Numbered from the stretch's first letter, positions 19,225 to 29,005 are shown. The stretch is DNA of 64,000 bases from a bacterium (GCA_021813325.1 JAKALA010000007.1:10515-74514); one strand, 5' to 3'. Notes: generated by a model not told the origin, from the letters alone. Numbers and translations: made by a program.

Positions 19225-19929
19225 GTGAAAATCTTCATCACTACGCTTCCTAGAAATGTTCTCGCCTGTTTCCGGGGTCGAAGGATTTTATGGCATGGCC
19301 TGCTGATCGGCCTCACGTTCGTTCTGGTTCGTTCCCATTTTGACTGGTTTTACTTTTGCTCCACTCGGAATCCTGAACTTCGCGCTTGGATGTTTCCGGC
19401 GGCCCCGATTGGCGGTTTGATGCCGCTGATGGCCCCGGTAATCTTGATTCTTTCCGGATTCATTGTCAGCCAGCCACGCATTTCCTTGGTCGGATGGGCC
19501 ATCGGTCAGGCGGCGTTAATAGGTTCCCTTCTATCGTCCACTTACAAGGCGTTTACCGGACGCGTGCATCCCTCCATGCATGAAGTTGGCCATGACATTA
19601 GTGACCTGTTTCGATTTGGCTTTCTGCGTGGCGGCGTGTTTTGGGGCTGGCCGTCATCGCACACCACCATCGCCTTTGCCATGGCCGGAACCATATTCAT
19701 GTTGTTTCCCAAGCAGCGTTGGCTCGGCTGGCTGGCGATTGTTTACGCCATCTACATCGGGTTGGGCGTCTCGATGACCATTCACTGGTTTTCTGACTTT
19801 GCTGCCGGAGCCATTCTGGGTTCAGTCATCGGCACGGTGGTGGGAAGAAGTTTTGCGCTCCAAATAACCAGCATCGCCCGGCACCTCGACAATTTTTCGA
19901 GCAATGAAGCGCCATCAAGCCCGGAATGA
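19225..19929 (+). CDS. PAP2-family membrane phosphatase
   Basis: The three PAP2 motifs: KAFTGRVHP, PSSHT, SMTIHWFSD. GTG start. Confidence 0.75.
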   Translation: MKIFITTLPRNVLACFRGRRILWHGLLIGLTFVLVRSHFDWFYFCSTRNPELRAWMFPAAPIGGLMPLMAPVILILSGFIVSQPRISLVGWAIGQAALIGSLLSSTYKAFTGRVHPSMHEVGHDISDLFRFGFLRGGVFWGWPSSHTTIAFAMAGTIFMLFPKQRWLGWLAIVYAIYIGLGVSMTIHWFSDFAAGAILGSVIGTVVGRSFALQITSIARHLDNFSSNEAPSSPE

Positions 19930-20021
19930 GCCTTTGAATTTTATTTCGCAGGACGCGGTTATGTGATTGAATTAGTCCTCATTTTTACGACCAAGTCTCA
20001 ACCAAAAGCGCACATCAAATA

Positions 20022-20957
20022 ATGAAGTTTGTCGCCCCCATTTTGCGACTCACCCTGAGTCTGATTACGATCGCCGTCTTTTCTCTGACGACGGGTTGTG
20101 CGCACGTTGCCGTTGCCAAAGCTCCTCCAGTCAAACATGTCTTCATTATCAGCTTTGATCAGGGCAATCCGGATTTGATCCAACGGAGCGACATGCCGAC
20201 GTTTCATCTGATGGCGGAACAAGGCGCCCATGACTGGAGCGCTTACACGATTATTCCCAGCCTTACCCTGCCCTCGCACACGTCAATGCTCACCGGCGTC
20301 GGACCGCAGGTGCACCAAATTCTCTGGAATGATTACGAACCCCAAAAAGGCTTGGTCAAAGTCCCCACCATCTTCAGCCTCGCCAAGCAGCAGGGTTTGG
20401 TCACGGCCATGTTCGTGGGCAAAGAAAAATTTGAACATCTGTTGCTGCCGGGCAGCGTGGATGTCTTTGACTGGCCGCAACCGGAAGATGACGCCAAAGC
20501 CGTCGCCCGCGTGTTTGCCGCCAATGTCGGCAAGCTGAAACCGAACTTGTGTTTCATTCATTTTCGCGACCCGGACACCGCCGGACATAAATACGGAGCA
20601 GATTCGCCTGAGAAAATTAAAGCCCTGGAAAATTGCGACGCGGCGCTCAAGATCATTAAAGACGCCATTGCCGACGCGGGCATCCTGGATAGGAGCGTCA
20701 TTATCCTCACCGCCGATCACGGCAGCCACAACATCAAGGACAAGAACGGCAAAACGGTCGGCACGCACGGATCAGCCGAACGCGCCGATGTCCGGATTCC
20801 ATGGATCGCCTGGGGCATGGGCGTAAAGAAGAATTACTCGATCACCGCACCGGTGGTTCAATACGACACCGCCGCCACCGCACTCTGGCTGCTGCATGTG
20901 CCGGTGCCTGATTACTTCTGGGGCCGTCCGGTCACCAGCGCGTTTGAAACGCACTGA
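20022..20957 (+). CDS. nucleotide pyrophosphatase/phosphodiesterase (alkaline-phosphatase superfamily), secreted/lipoprotein
   Basis: N-terminal signal with a Cys (SLTTGC). PSLTLPSHTSMLTG (nucleophile region), HFRDPDTAGHKYG, LTADHGS. Confidence 0.75.
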   Translation: MKFVAPILRLTLSLITIAVFSLTTGCAHVAVAKAPPVKHVFIISFDQGNPDLIQRSDMPTFHLMAEQGAHDWSAYTIIPSLTLPSHTSMLTGVGPQVHQILWNDYEPQKGLVKVPTIFSLAKQQGLVTAMFVGKEKFEHLLLPGSVDVFDWPQPEDDAKAVARVFAANVGKLKPNLCFIHFRDPDTAGHKYGADSPEKIKALENCDAALKIIKDAIADAGILDRSVIILTADHGSHNIKDKNGKTVGTHGSAERADVRIPWIAWGMGVKKNYSITAPVVQYDTAATALWLLHVPVPDYFWGRPVTSAFETH

Positions 20958-20976
20958 GCGGCGCATTCATTTTCCA

Positions 20977-22206
20977 ATGCAAATCACTCTGAGCCAGATT
21001 GAGCAGGCCCGCCGACGGATTGCCAGCGGTGTCTGGCTTTCTCCCAGCCAGGAGTCTCACGCACTTTCGGAACTCATTGGATCCCGGATTTTTTGCAAAT
21101 TGGACAACCTCCAACACACGGGCAGTTTCAAGGAACGCGGCGCCCGCAACGCCTTGATGCTGCTGACGCCCGCTCAAAAACGGCTTGGAGTCATCGCCGC
21201 TTCCGCTGGCAATCACGCGTTGGGCCTGGCGTATCACGGCGGTCTGTTGAAAATTCCGGTAACGGTGGTGATGCCCAAATTCGCCCCGCTGATCAAGAGC
21301 AGCGCCTGTCGCCGGCTTGGGGCCAGGGTGATTTTGCACGGCGACACCTTTGGCGCGGCCAAGGAAGAGGCAGACCGCCTTTGCCGTGAGAACAATCTGA
21401 CCTACATCCACGGCTATGATGATCCAGCCATCATCACCGGCCAGGGCACGATGGGACTGGAAATCCTGCAACAAGTGCCGAAGGTGGATGCCGTGGTGCT
21501 GCCGATTGGCGGCGGCGGACTCATCGCCGGTGTGGCCACGGCCATCAAAGCCAGGCGACCGAAGGTTCGCATCATTGGCGTGGAATCCGCCCGCTGGCCC
21601 GGCTTCAGCAAATCGCTGCGCGCCGGACATCCCATTCCCATCACCGGCTCCCCCACCCTTGCCGATGGTCTGGCCGTTTCCGTGACGGGCACCAATGCCT
21701 TTGAACTGGCCCGTTCCCGCGTGGATGACGTGGTCAGCGTCACCGAAAACGAAATCGCCTTTGCCATCCTGAAAGCGTTGGAAGCGGAAAAAACGGTTTT
21801 GGAAGGCGCCGGCGCCACCGCCCTGGCCGCCGCCCTCGCTGGAAAATTGAAAGGTCTGGAGGGCAAACGCGTCGTGCTGGCCTTTTGCGGCGGGAATATT
21901 GATCCGAACATTCTCGGCTATATTATTGAAAAAGGTCTGGTCGTTGAGGGCCGTCTGGCGCGTTTTACCGCGACAATCAGCGACCGGCCCGGCGGACTGG
22001 CCAAATTATCCCGCGCCATAGCGGATGCCGGCGCCAGTGTCAAAGACATCAGCCATGATCGCGCTTTCGGCGGCGGCGATGTTTCCATCGTGAACGTGGT
22101 TTGCACGATTGAAACCAGCGACCGCGCGCATATCCGGAAAGTGCTGCAAAGCCTCCGCCAATGTGGCATAAAGATACCCCAGACCAGTGTTAATTTTACA
22201 AAATGA
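20977..22206 (+). CDS. ilvA: threonine ammonia-lyase (threonine dehydratase) with a C-terminal ACT-like domain
   Basis: PLP-lysine motif (HTGSFKERGARN), glycine loop (PIGGGGLIAG), ACT-like tail. The ATG at 20977 is preferred over the track start at 20896. Its stop overlaps the pheT start (ATGA at 22203-22206). Confidence 0.85.
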   Translation: MQITLSQIEQARRRIASGVWLSPSQESHALSELIGSRIFCKLDNLQHTGSFKERGARNALMLLTPAQKRLGVIAASAGNHALGLAYHGGLLKIPVTVVMPKFAPLIKSSACRRLGARVILHGDTFGAAKEEADRLCRENNLTYIHGYDDPAIITGQGTMGLEILQQVPKVDAVVLPIGGGGLIAGVATAIKARRPKVRIIGVESARWPGFSKSLRAGHPIPITGSPTLADGLAVSVTGTNAFELARSRVDDVVSVTENEIAFAILKALEAEKTVLEGAGATALAAALAGKLKGLEGKRVVLAFCGGNIDPNILGYIIEKGLVVEGRLARFTATISDRPGGLAKLSRAIADAGASVKDISHDRAFGGGDVSIVNVVCTIETSDRAHIRKVLQSLRQCGIKIPQTSVNFTK

Positions 22207-24698
22207 AAGTCACCCTTAACTGGCTCAAGCAATACGTTGATTTCAACTGGACACCCGAGGAACTGACCGAGCGGCTCACCATGCTCGGCCTCGAAGTCGA
22301 AGGCGTGCAGAAAATTTCCGGCGCCTTTGCAGGCGTCGTGGTGGCCCAGGTCATCACCCGCGACAAACACCCGAATGCCGACAAGCTTTCGCTCTGCCGC
22401 GTGAACGACGGCACCGGCGAACGGCAGATTGTTTGCGGCGCACAAAATTTCAAGGCCGGCGACAAAGTGCCACTCATCGTGCCTGGCGCATCGCTGCCCA
22501 TGAAGCCCGGCGACAAGGAGCCATTCACCATCAAGGTCGGGAAAATCCGCGGCGTGGAATCGCACGGCATGATGTGCTCGCATGAAGAACTGGGGATCGA
22601 TCCCGAAGCCATCGGCCACAAAAAGGAAGACGGACTGCTCATCTTGCGCGAGGATGCCAAGGTCGGCCAGCCATTCGCCGAATACCTCGGCCTCAGCGGC
22701 GGCGACGTGGTTTATGATCTGGAGACCACGCCAAATCGTCCGGATTGGAACAGTGTCATCGGCATTACCCGCGAAATCGCCGCGCTGACCGGAAGTCCAC
22801 TCCGCGTGCCGGATGTTTCGGTGGGGCAGCGGTGCCCCGCTGCCCCATCTGCCCAGGACGCGCAGCGGCACGTCCCCACCAGTGAATCCACAAGTGAATT
22901 GGTATCCGTCCGCATCGAAGACGCCGAGCTTTGTCCGCGCTACACCGCGCGCCTCATCAAAGGCGTCAAGATCGGCCCCAGCCCGGAATGGCTGCGCAGC
23001 ACGCTGGAAAAAATCGGCATTCGCAGCATCAGCAACGTCGTGGACGTGACCAATTACGTCATGATGGAAATTGGCCAGCCGCTGCACGCTTTTGATTATC
23101 ACCTCATCACCAAAGGCGCCAACGGCCAGCCCACCATCGTGGTGCGCCGCGCCGCTGCCGGTGAAAAATTCCAAACGCTCGACAACCAGGAACGCACGCT
23201 GACGAATGAAATGATGCTCATTGCCGACGAGCAAAAAGGCATTGCGCTGGCTGGGGTCATGGGCGGCGCCAACACGGAAATCAACGATCAAACCGTGGAC
23301 GTGCTGATTGAAAGCGCCTATTTCTCGCCCACCAATATTCGCCGCACCAGCAAGCAGCTTGGCCTGCGCAGCGAATCCAGCTACCGCTTCGAACGCGGTG
23401 CTGATGTTGGCATTTGCGACTGGGCCAGCCAGCGCGCCGCGCAGTTGATTTTGGAAACGGCCGGCGGCCAGCTGGCTGAAGGCATTGTGGACGTTTATCC
23501 GAAAACGGCGGAAGTCAAACAACTGACGCTGCATTTTGCCAAGTGCAAGGATTTGTTGGGCATTGGCATTTCCCATGCGGATCAAATCGGCTTTTTGACC
23601 AGTCTCGGACTTTCCATTACCCATCAGGAACCAGGTGAATGTTCATTCAACATTCCCACCTGGCGCGTGGATCTGAAGCGCGAGGTGGATTTGATCGAAG
23701 AAGTGGGCCGGCTCTACGGTGTGGATAAAATCCCCAGCACGCCCCCGCGCGGTGCGTTGGGATCAAATGCATTTGATGCGGTCTATGACCAGATCGGCGA
23801 AGCCCGCCGAATTCTATCCGGGCTGGGCTTGAATGAGGCCCAAGGCCAGACGCTCATCGCGAAATCCGAGGTTCGTAGTCACACGGCGGAAGCGCTCGTC
23901 GCCCTGGCGAATCCGTTGAGCAGCGACATGGACGTGTTGCGTCCGAGCTTGTTGCCGGGGCTGATTCATTCATTGCGTCACAACGTCAGCCGCAAAAATT
24001 ACGACGTGGCGTTGTTCGAAATTGGCCGCGTTTTCACCAATGTAAACGGCCAGACCAAAGAAAACCGCAACGTGGCCATCGCCATCACCGGCCAGCGGGC
24101 ATTGAACTTCTGGAGCGGCAGCGAACGCGACGCAAAATTTGATGCCTACGATTTGAAAGGCTTGGTGGAGGAGTTCATTGAACAGTTTGGTCTGCGCGGA
24201 GTGGCCTTTGGTAAACGCGCCGAAAGCACGTCGCTGTTTCTTGAATCCGCCGCGGTAACGCTGGGCGGGAAACTGCCGCTCGGTGAACTGGGCCAGTTGC
24301 AGCCGGTGCTGGCCAAGAAATACGACCTGCGTGACGCGGTCTATCTCGCTGAGTTCAACTTGGACGTATTGCTCTCCAAACGCAATCCGGCCAAAGCGTT
24401 CAAGGCGTTGCCGCAGTTTCCGTCGAGCCGGCGCGACGTGGCCATGATCGTGCCGGAAACCGTCACGCACGACGCCGTGCTATCCGCCGTGAAACAAGCC
24501 AAGGCGGCCAATCTTGAATCGGTGGAACTGTTTGACGTGTTCCGCGGCAAATCGGTGCCGGACGGCCAAAAAAGTCTGGCCTACGCATTCACCTATCGCG
24601 CCGCCGACAAAACGTTGACGGACGCGGACGTGAATGCAGCGCACGAAAAAATTCTGGGTGCATTGAAAACTCAATTAAAAGCCGATCTGCGGGCGTAA
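22203..24698 (+). CDS. pheT: phenylalanine--tRNA ligase beta subunit
   Basis: N-terminal tRNA-binding domain (KVTLNWLKQYVDF, HPNADKLSLCRV), B3/4 (CPRYTAR...SNVVDVTNYVMMEIGQPLHAFD), B5, and a C-terminal FDX-ACB-like domain. Confidence 0.95.
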   Translation: MKVTLNWLKQYVDFNWTPEELTERLTMLGLEVEGVQKISGAFAGVVVAQVITRDKHPNADKLSLCRVNDGTGERQIVCGAQNFKAGDKVPLIVPGASLPMKPGDKEPFTIKVGKIRGVESHGMMCSHEELGIDPEAIGHKKEDGLLILREDAKVGQPFAEYLGLSGGDVVYDLETTPNRPDWNSVIGITREIAALTGSPLRVPDVSVGQRCPAAPSAQDAQRHVPTSESTSELVSVRIEDAELCPRYTARLIKGVKIGPSPEWLRSTLEKIGIRSISNVVDVTNYVMMEIGQPLHAFDYHLITKGANGQPTIVVRRAAAGEKFQTLDNQERTLTNEMMLIADEQKGIALAGVMGGANTEINDQTVDVLIESAYFSPTNIRRTSKQLGLRSESSYRFERGADVGICDWASQRAAQLILETAGGQLAEGIVDVYPKTAEVKQLTLHFAKCKDLLGIGISHADQIGFLTSLGLSITHQEPGECSFNIPTWRVDLKREVDLIEEVGRLYGVDKIPSTPPRGALGSNAFDAVYDQIGEARRILSGLGLNEAQGQTLIAKSEVRSHTAEALVALANPLSSDMDVLRPSLLPGLIHSLRHNVSRKNYDVALFEIGRVFTNVNGQTKENRNVAIAITGQRALNFWSGSERDAKFDAYDLKGLVEEFIEQFGLRGVAFGKRAESTSLFLESAAVTLGGKLPLGELGQLQPVLAKKYDLRDAVYLAEFNLDVLLSKRNPAKAFKALPQFPSSRRDVAMIVPETVTHDAVLSAVKQAKAANLESVELFDVFRGKSVPDGQKSLAYAFTYRAADKTLTDADVNAAHEKILGALKTQLKADLRA

Positions 24699-24773
24699 TC
24701 CAAAATCACAACTGGTAACAGGGCGGTGCATTGTGCGCCGCCCAACGGGCTGACCAACAGGTCGGCCCTGGCT

Positions 24774-25937
24774 TTAAACCGACTTCAAGGCCGCAATCAC
24801 CGGCAAGCGCGAAGCCCGGATGGCGGGCAGCAAACTGCCAACCACACCCACCACCACGGCAAAGATAATTCCTTTGGTCGCGAGCCAGGGCGTGATGCGA
24901 AATTGAAAAACCGTTTCGCTGAAGGTATTGAAACTCATGGTGCCGGTGGAATAACCGTGCAACGGCAACGCCAGCAAACAACCAAGCACACCGCCGATGG
25001 CCGCCAGCAGCGCGCCTTCGATGATAAAGCTCAGCAGAATTGTCCGCCGCCGGAAACCCAAAACGCGCAGCGTGCCAATTTCGCGGGTGCGTGAACCCAC
25101 GCTGGCATACATGGTGTTCATCGCGGCAAAAATGGCGCCAATGGACATGGCCGTGGCCAGAAAATTGCCCAGGATGCGGATCGGCATCGCCGTGGCGGTT
25201 TGTTTGGAATAATACTCCACCTCGGAATCGCCCCGGAGCGGCAGACGTTTGTCGGAATCCAACCGGCTGATAATTTCCTGCGCCGCCTGCGGGCTGGCCG
25301 CGCGCACCAACACGCTGGAATAACTCTCGCGGTCAAAAAGGGCGCGGGATTCATCGGCATCCATCCAGACTTCGGAATCAAAGGCGCTATTTTGCCCGGC
25401 AAATTCACCGACCACAGTCATCCAGTTGCCGGCGGTTTTAAATCGGTCGCCAATTTTAAAGTGGGCGAAGCGTTTTGCCATTCGGGAACTGACCACCACT
25501 TCGCGTTTGCCCGGAGTAAACCATCGCCCCGCGACCAGGGTCACTTGCGGACGCAGAAAACGCCCCATGGGCGTAAGTCCGCGAACTGACACATTGGCTT
25601 CGCCCTTGCCATCAATGCGCGGCTGGCTGATAAGCGTGACCAGATCGGCGGAAACAATGGGGTTGCCCTTTTTGTCCCGCGCAATCTGCGACCAATAATG
25701 CAGGGTTTGAAATTGCTGCAGCGATACCTGACTGCTCGATTCGGCGGTGGAACCTTTGCGCACAATCATAATGTTGCGCGGATCGCCCGTGTTGCTGGCG
25801 GATTTTTCCAAGCCGACCGCCAACGCCTGCACCAGCACGAAGACCGCCACGACCATGGCAATACCGAGCACTGTGGCCAGCGTCGCGCGCCAGCGCACGG
25901 TGACGTTGCGGAAGTTGTGTGAAAGCGGCAGGGCCAT
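24774..25937 (-). CDS. ABC transporter permease, FtsX/MacB/LolE type
   Basis: N-terminal TM, a large periplasmic loop, and a C-terminal FtsX-like 3-TM bundle (REIGTLRVLGFRRR). Confidence 0.8.
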   Translation of the reverse strand: MALPLSHNFRNVTVRWRATLATVLGIAMVVAVFVLVQALAVGLEKSASNTGDPRNIMIVRKGSTAESSSQVSLQQFQTLHYWSQIARDKKGNPIVSADLVTLISQPRIDGKGEANVSVRGLTPMGRFLRPQVTLVAGRWFTPGKREVVVSSRMAKRFAHFKIGDRFKTAGNWMTVVGEFAGQNSAFDSEVWMDADESRALFDRESYSSVLVRAASPQAAQEIISRLDSDKRLPLRGDSEVEYYSKQTATAMPIRILGNFLATAMSIGAIFAAMNTMYASVGSRTREIGTLRVLGFRRRTILLSFIIEGALLAAIGGVLGCLLALPLHGYSTGTMSFNTFSETVFQFRITPWLATKGIIFAVVVGVVGSLLPAIRASRLPVIAALKSV

Positions 25938-27083
25938 TTAATCAAGTGTTTTCAAGCCGTTCACCACGCTCATGCGAGCCACGGAAAGGGACGGGGCAAT
26001 TGCCGACACAATACCCAACAAGGCAGCGACCATGGCCGAAAAGCCGATAATCCGCGGCGTGACTTCAAACGTTACAAAAATGCCGTGGGTCATTTTGCTG
26101 ATGTCGCCGAAGGTATAAAGACAATAGGCGGCACCAATGCCGATGACGGCTCCGGCGACGGCCAAACCAAAGCTTTCCGCGAGAATGAAGGCAAACAATT
26201 CGCGCCGGCGAAAACCCAGCGCCTTGAGAATGGCCAGTTCCCGAAAACGTTCGCGAATGGCCATGCTCATGGTGCTGGCGGAAACCAAAACCAACGTAAA
26301 TACCACCACGGTGCTGAGGGAAGCCACCAGCGCCTTGATGTTTCCCAGCATGGAAATGAAGCCGAGTTGAAACGCGCGCTCGCTTTCCGCCCGGACTTCC
26401 GCCGACGTGTTTTCAAAAGCTTTGTTCACCGCCGCGATCACGCGAGGCATGCCCGCCGCCGACTTCACCTTCAGCCACCACATCCCGACATAGCCGGGCA
26501 TGCCGATGGAATCGTCCAGATAATCCTGCCGGAAAAGCATGTTGCGGTCGTCCGGCGTGCCCGAATAAATCCCGGCAACCCGGAACGTGAGCGATCCCGG
26601 ATAAACCGTGCTTTCCAGCGAAAACCGGTCGCCGGGTTTCAGTCCGTATTTTTCCGCGGTGATTTTGCCGATGACACAGGAGTCTTTTTGCTGATTGAAG
26701 GCGATGTAACCGGCGGCATCCATTTTGGCATCATTGAAAACGGTGCCCAGCGCCTTGGGATCAATCGCAAACTGGGCAAAGGTCATGCCGCCCTCGTTTT
26801 TGTATTTTCCACCAAACCAGGTGAACGGCGTGACGCCGGCGACGCCGGGAATGCGTTCAATGACGCCACGTTGCCGGGCGGGGAGCGGATTGGTCAGGGA
26901 AATTTTATTCCGCACGGCCACGCGCAATTCCGCGCCGGAACTTTCCGGCGGCTGGGTCAACTCGCGCAAGGCCACTTGCAAGGTGACCAGCAAGAACAAA
27001 CTCGCCGCGACGCTGGAAACCGAGAGCAATGCGCGCCGCTTGTTGCGCAGGGCGTTTTTCAATATGAAAGCGCTGATGGTCAT
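25938..27083 (-). CDS. ABC transporter permease, FtsX/MacB/LolC type
   Basis: Same architecture as the previous permease (RFRELAILKALGFRRREL). The ATG at 27083 (MTISAFILKNAL) is preferred over the TTG at 27089. Confidence 0.8.
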   Translation of the reverse strand: MTISAFILKNALRNKRRALLSVSSVAASLFLLVTLQVALRELTQPPESSGAELRVAVRNKISLTNPLPARQRGVIERIPGVAGVTPFTWFGGKYKNEGGMTFAQFAIDPKALGTVFNDAKMDAAGYIAFNQQKDSCVIGKITAEKYGLKPGDRFSLESTVYPGSLTFRVAGIYSGTPDDRNMLFRQDYLDDSIGMPGYVGMWWLKVKSAAGMPRVIAAVNKAFENTSAEVRAESERAFQLGFISMLGNIKALVASLSTVVVFTLVLVSASTMSMAIRERFRELAILKALGFRRRELFAFILAESFGLAVAGAVIGIGAAYCLYTFGDISKMTHGIFVTFEVTPRIIGFSAMVAALLGIVSAIAPSLSVARMSVVNGLKTLD

Positions 27084-27111
27084 TTCCAATTTTCAATCGC
27101 CAATTGCCAAT
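27082..27111. repeat. left arm of an imperfect inverted repeat flanking the four-helix-bundle ORF
   Basis: atttccaattttcaatcgccaattgccaat. By hand alignment it is complementary to 27473-27502 at 24 of 30 positions. It overlaps the permease start codon. Confidence 0.6.
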
Positions 27112-27465
27112 CTATTTTCTCTTTGACGCTGAAATACGGGACGCAGCGATGATGGCAGTCAACTCCCGAGCCTCGTTTTGGAGCGATTCAAGCTTCCTGG
27201 CGGGAACCATTCCTGATTCAACAATCATCTCCAGCCAGAACTGGGTTTCGTCAGCCTCTTCTTCGGCAATACCGAGTTTGGCTATAAACTCAGCCTTGGA
27301 ACGCCCCTTGCCAGCGGCACGATAATTAGCCGCGACGGAGGTTCCTGCGCGCGCAATCTGTCCGGCGATCGTCCGTCCTGAAGCTGTGCGAGGCAAAGAA
27401 TCTGCTAGTTTCAGTATTATCAAAGCGAACATCTTTGTCCTCTTTCTCATTTCGTCCGCATTCAT
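27112..27465 (-). CDS. four-helix-bundle protein (23S rRNA intervening-sequence protein family)
   Basis: 117 aa. LPRTASGRTIAGQIARAGTSVAANYRAAGKGRSKAEFIAKLGIAEEEADETQFWLEM is the characteristic pattern of this family. Confidence 0.8.
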   Translation of the reverse strand: MNADEMRKRTKMFALIILKLADSLPRTASGRTIAGQIARAGTSVAANYRAAGKGRSKAEFIAKLGIAEEEADETQFWLEMIVESGMVPARKLESLQNEARELTAIIAASRISASKRK

Positions 27466-27472
27466 AATTCAA

Positions 27473-27502
27473 GTTGGCAATTAGCAATTGGCAGTTGGAA
27501 AT
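27473..27502. repeat. right arm of an imperfect inverted repeat flanking the four-helix-bundle ORF
   Basis: gttggcaattagcaattggcagttggaaat, the reverse-complement partner of 27082-27111. It abuts the ATPase stop codon (27502-27504). Confidence 0.6.
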
Positions 27503-28176
27503 CAAGAAAGCTCGCCTTTTTCCAAATGAATCTGCCGGGTGCCGAAGGCCGCCGCCTTGGGATCGTGTGTGACCATGATAATGGTTTTGCCCGCATCTCT
27601 GCGGAGCGACTGCAGCACGCCAAGAACCTCATGCGCGCTATGCGAATCCAGATTGCCGGTTGGCTCATCGGCCACAATCAGGGCGGGATCCGTCACCAGC
27701 GCCCGCGCTATGGCTACACGCTGTTCCTGTCCGCCGGACAACTGTCGGGGCAAATGCTTTGACCGGTCACTGAGACCAACCAGTTCCAACGCCGTGGCCA
27801 CCTGGTTATGACGTTGCTTTTTACTCAACTGGGTCAGCAACAACGGCAGCTCCACATTTTCGGCGGCCGTCAGGACGGGGATGAGGTTGAAAGTCTGAAA
27901 AATAAAACCAACATTTTGATTTCGCCAGTCAGCCAGTTGCGATTCGTTCAGCTTGGTCACATCCACATTCTGAACCCGGCATTCCCCGCTCGTCGGACGA
28001 TCAATGCCAGCGATGATGTGCAGCAAGGTGGACTTGCCGGAGCCGGACGGTCCCATGAGCGTGAGAAACTCGGCCCCGGCAATGTCGAGCGAGATGTTAT
28101 CGAGCGCGGTGACGTTGATTTCACCCTGTTGATAAATCTTCGACAGGTTTCGAATCTGGACAATCGGCTCGGCCAT
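27502..28176 (-). CDS. ABC transporter ATP-binding protein (LolD/MacB type)
   Basis: [41 protein letters not shown]. The ATG at 28176 is preferred over the TTG at 28188. Confidence 0.9.
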   Translation of the reverse strand: MAEPIVQIRNLSKIYQQGEINVTALDNISLDIAGAEFLTLMGPSGSGKSTLLHIIAGIDRPTSGECRVQNVDVTKLNESQLADWRNQNVGFIFQTFNLIPVLTAAENVELPLLLTQLSKKQRHNQVATALELVGLSDRSKHLPRQLSGGQEQRVAIARALVTDPALIVADEPTGNLDSHSAHEVLGVLQSLRRDAGKTIIMVTHDPKAAAFGTRQIHLEKGELS

Positions 28177-28320
28177 AAACGCGGACAAGTTAACCGTGTT
28201 TGAGGCAAATGCAAATCGTAGCGCACGAGGGGGACCGGTGGTTCAATGCCATCGGCTCACGAACCGGCCATCGCTACTGAAGTTTGTCGGCGCACTCTTC
28301 CACGGCAGGTGAAAGCCGCC

Positions 28321-28947
28321 CTACTTTTGGGTTTGGACTTGGGACTGGATTACTTTCTTGTGCTCCAGTTTTTCCAATTTGGGAGCAATGACAAACCGGC
28401 AGTAGCCGGCGTTGGTGTTGTCGTCGTAATAACCCTGATGATAATCCTCAGCCTTGTAAAATTTGGTGAACGGCTCAATCGCGGTGACAATCGGACGGTT
28501 AAAATCGGCCTGGGCGGCCAGCTTGGATTTCTCGGCGCTGAGCTTTTGACGTTGGTCGTGATAAAAAATGACGGAACGGTATTGCGTGCCTTCGTCGGCT
28601 CCTTGCCGGTTCAGCGTGGTGGGATCGTGTGCCTGCCAGAAAACCTCCAGCAGCTTTGCGTAGGAAATTTTGCCGGGATCAAAAACAATTTGCGTCACCT
28701 CCGCGTGGCCGGTTTTGCCGGTGCAAACTTGTTCATAGGTGGGGTTTTCAACCGTGCCGCCGGAAAATCCGCTGGTCACGGAGATCACGCCAGGCAGGCG
28801 TTCAAACACCGCTTCCATGCACCAGAAACAGCCGCCGCCGAGCGTGGCGGTTTCGCGTTTTTGAGTTTTCATGGGATCGGTTGTCTGGGCCTGAACCGTG
28901 AGGCTGGTGAGCGCGAGCGAGACCATAAGGCAAATACTAATTTTCAT
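28321..28947 (-). CDS. msrA: peptide-methionine (S)-S-oxide reductase MsrA with a signal peptide
   Basis: GGGCFWCMEAVF active site, HAEVTQIVFDP, YHQGYY. The N-terminus MKISICLMVSLALTSLTVQAQ looks like a secretion signal. The ATG at 28947 is preferred over the track start at 29118. Confidence 0.9.
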   Translation of the reverse strand: MKISICLMVSLALTSLTVQAQTTDPMKTQKRETATLGGGCFWCMEAVFERLPGVISVTSGFSGGTVENPTYEQVCTGKTGHAEVTQIVFDPGKISYAKLLEVFWQAHDPTTLNRQGADEGTQYRSVIFYHDQRQKLSAEKSKLAAQADFNRPIVTAIEPFTKFYKAEDYHQGYYDDNTNAGYCRFVIAPKLEKLEHKKVIQSQVQTQK

Positions 28948-29005
28948 GTGTTTCAGCAATAAAAGCGACGCCCGCAACTTCGTCCCCAATGGCGCGAAGG
29001 CAAAT

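Noticed and set aside
22800-22910. Low-complexity-looking stretch in pheT (VSVGQRCPAAPSAQDAQRHVPTSESTSE), considered as a possible inserted element
   Set aside because: It stays in frame and sits in the naturally variable linker between the tRNA-binding domain and the B3/4 domain. No repeats or flanking signatures are present.
24721-24743. Hairpin gggcggtgca-ttg-tgcgccgccc between the convergent pheT and the FtsX permease, considered as a bidirectional terminator
   Set aside because: There is one mismatch in the stem and no clear U-tract on the plus strand, with only a weak T-rich stretch on the minus strand. This is too weak to call.
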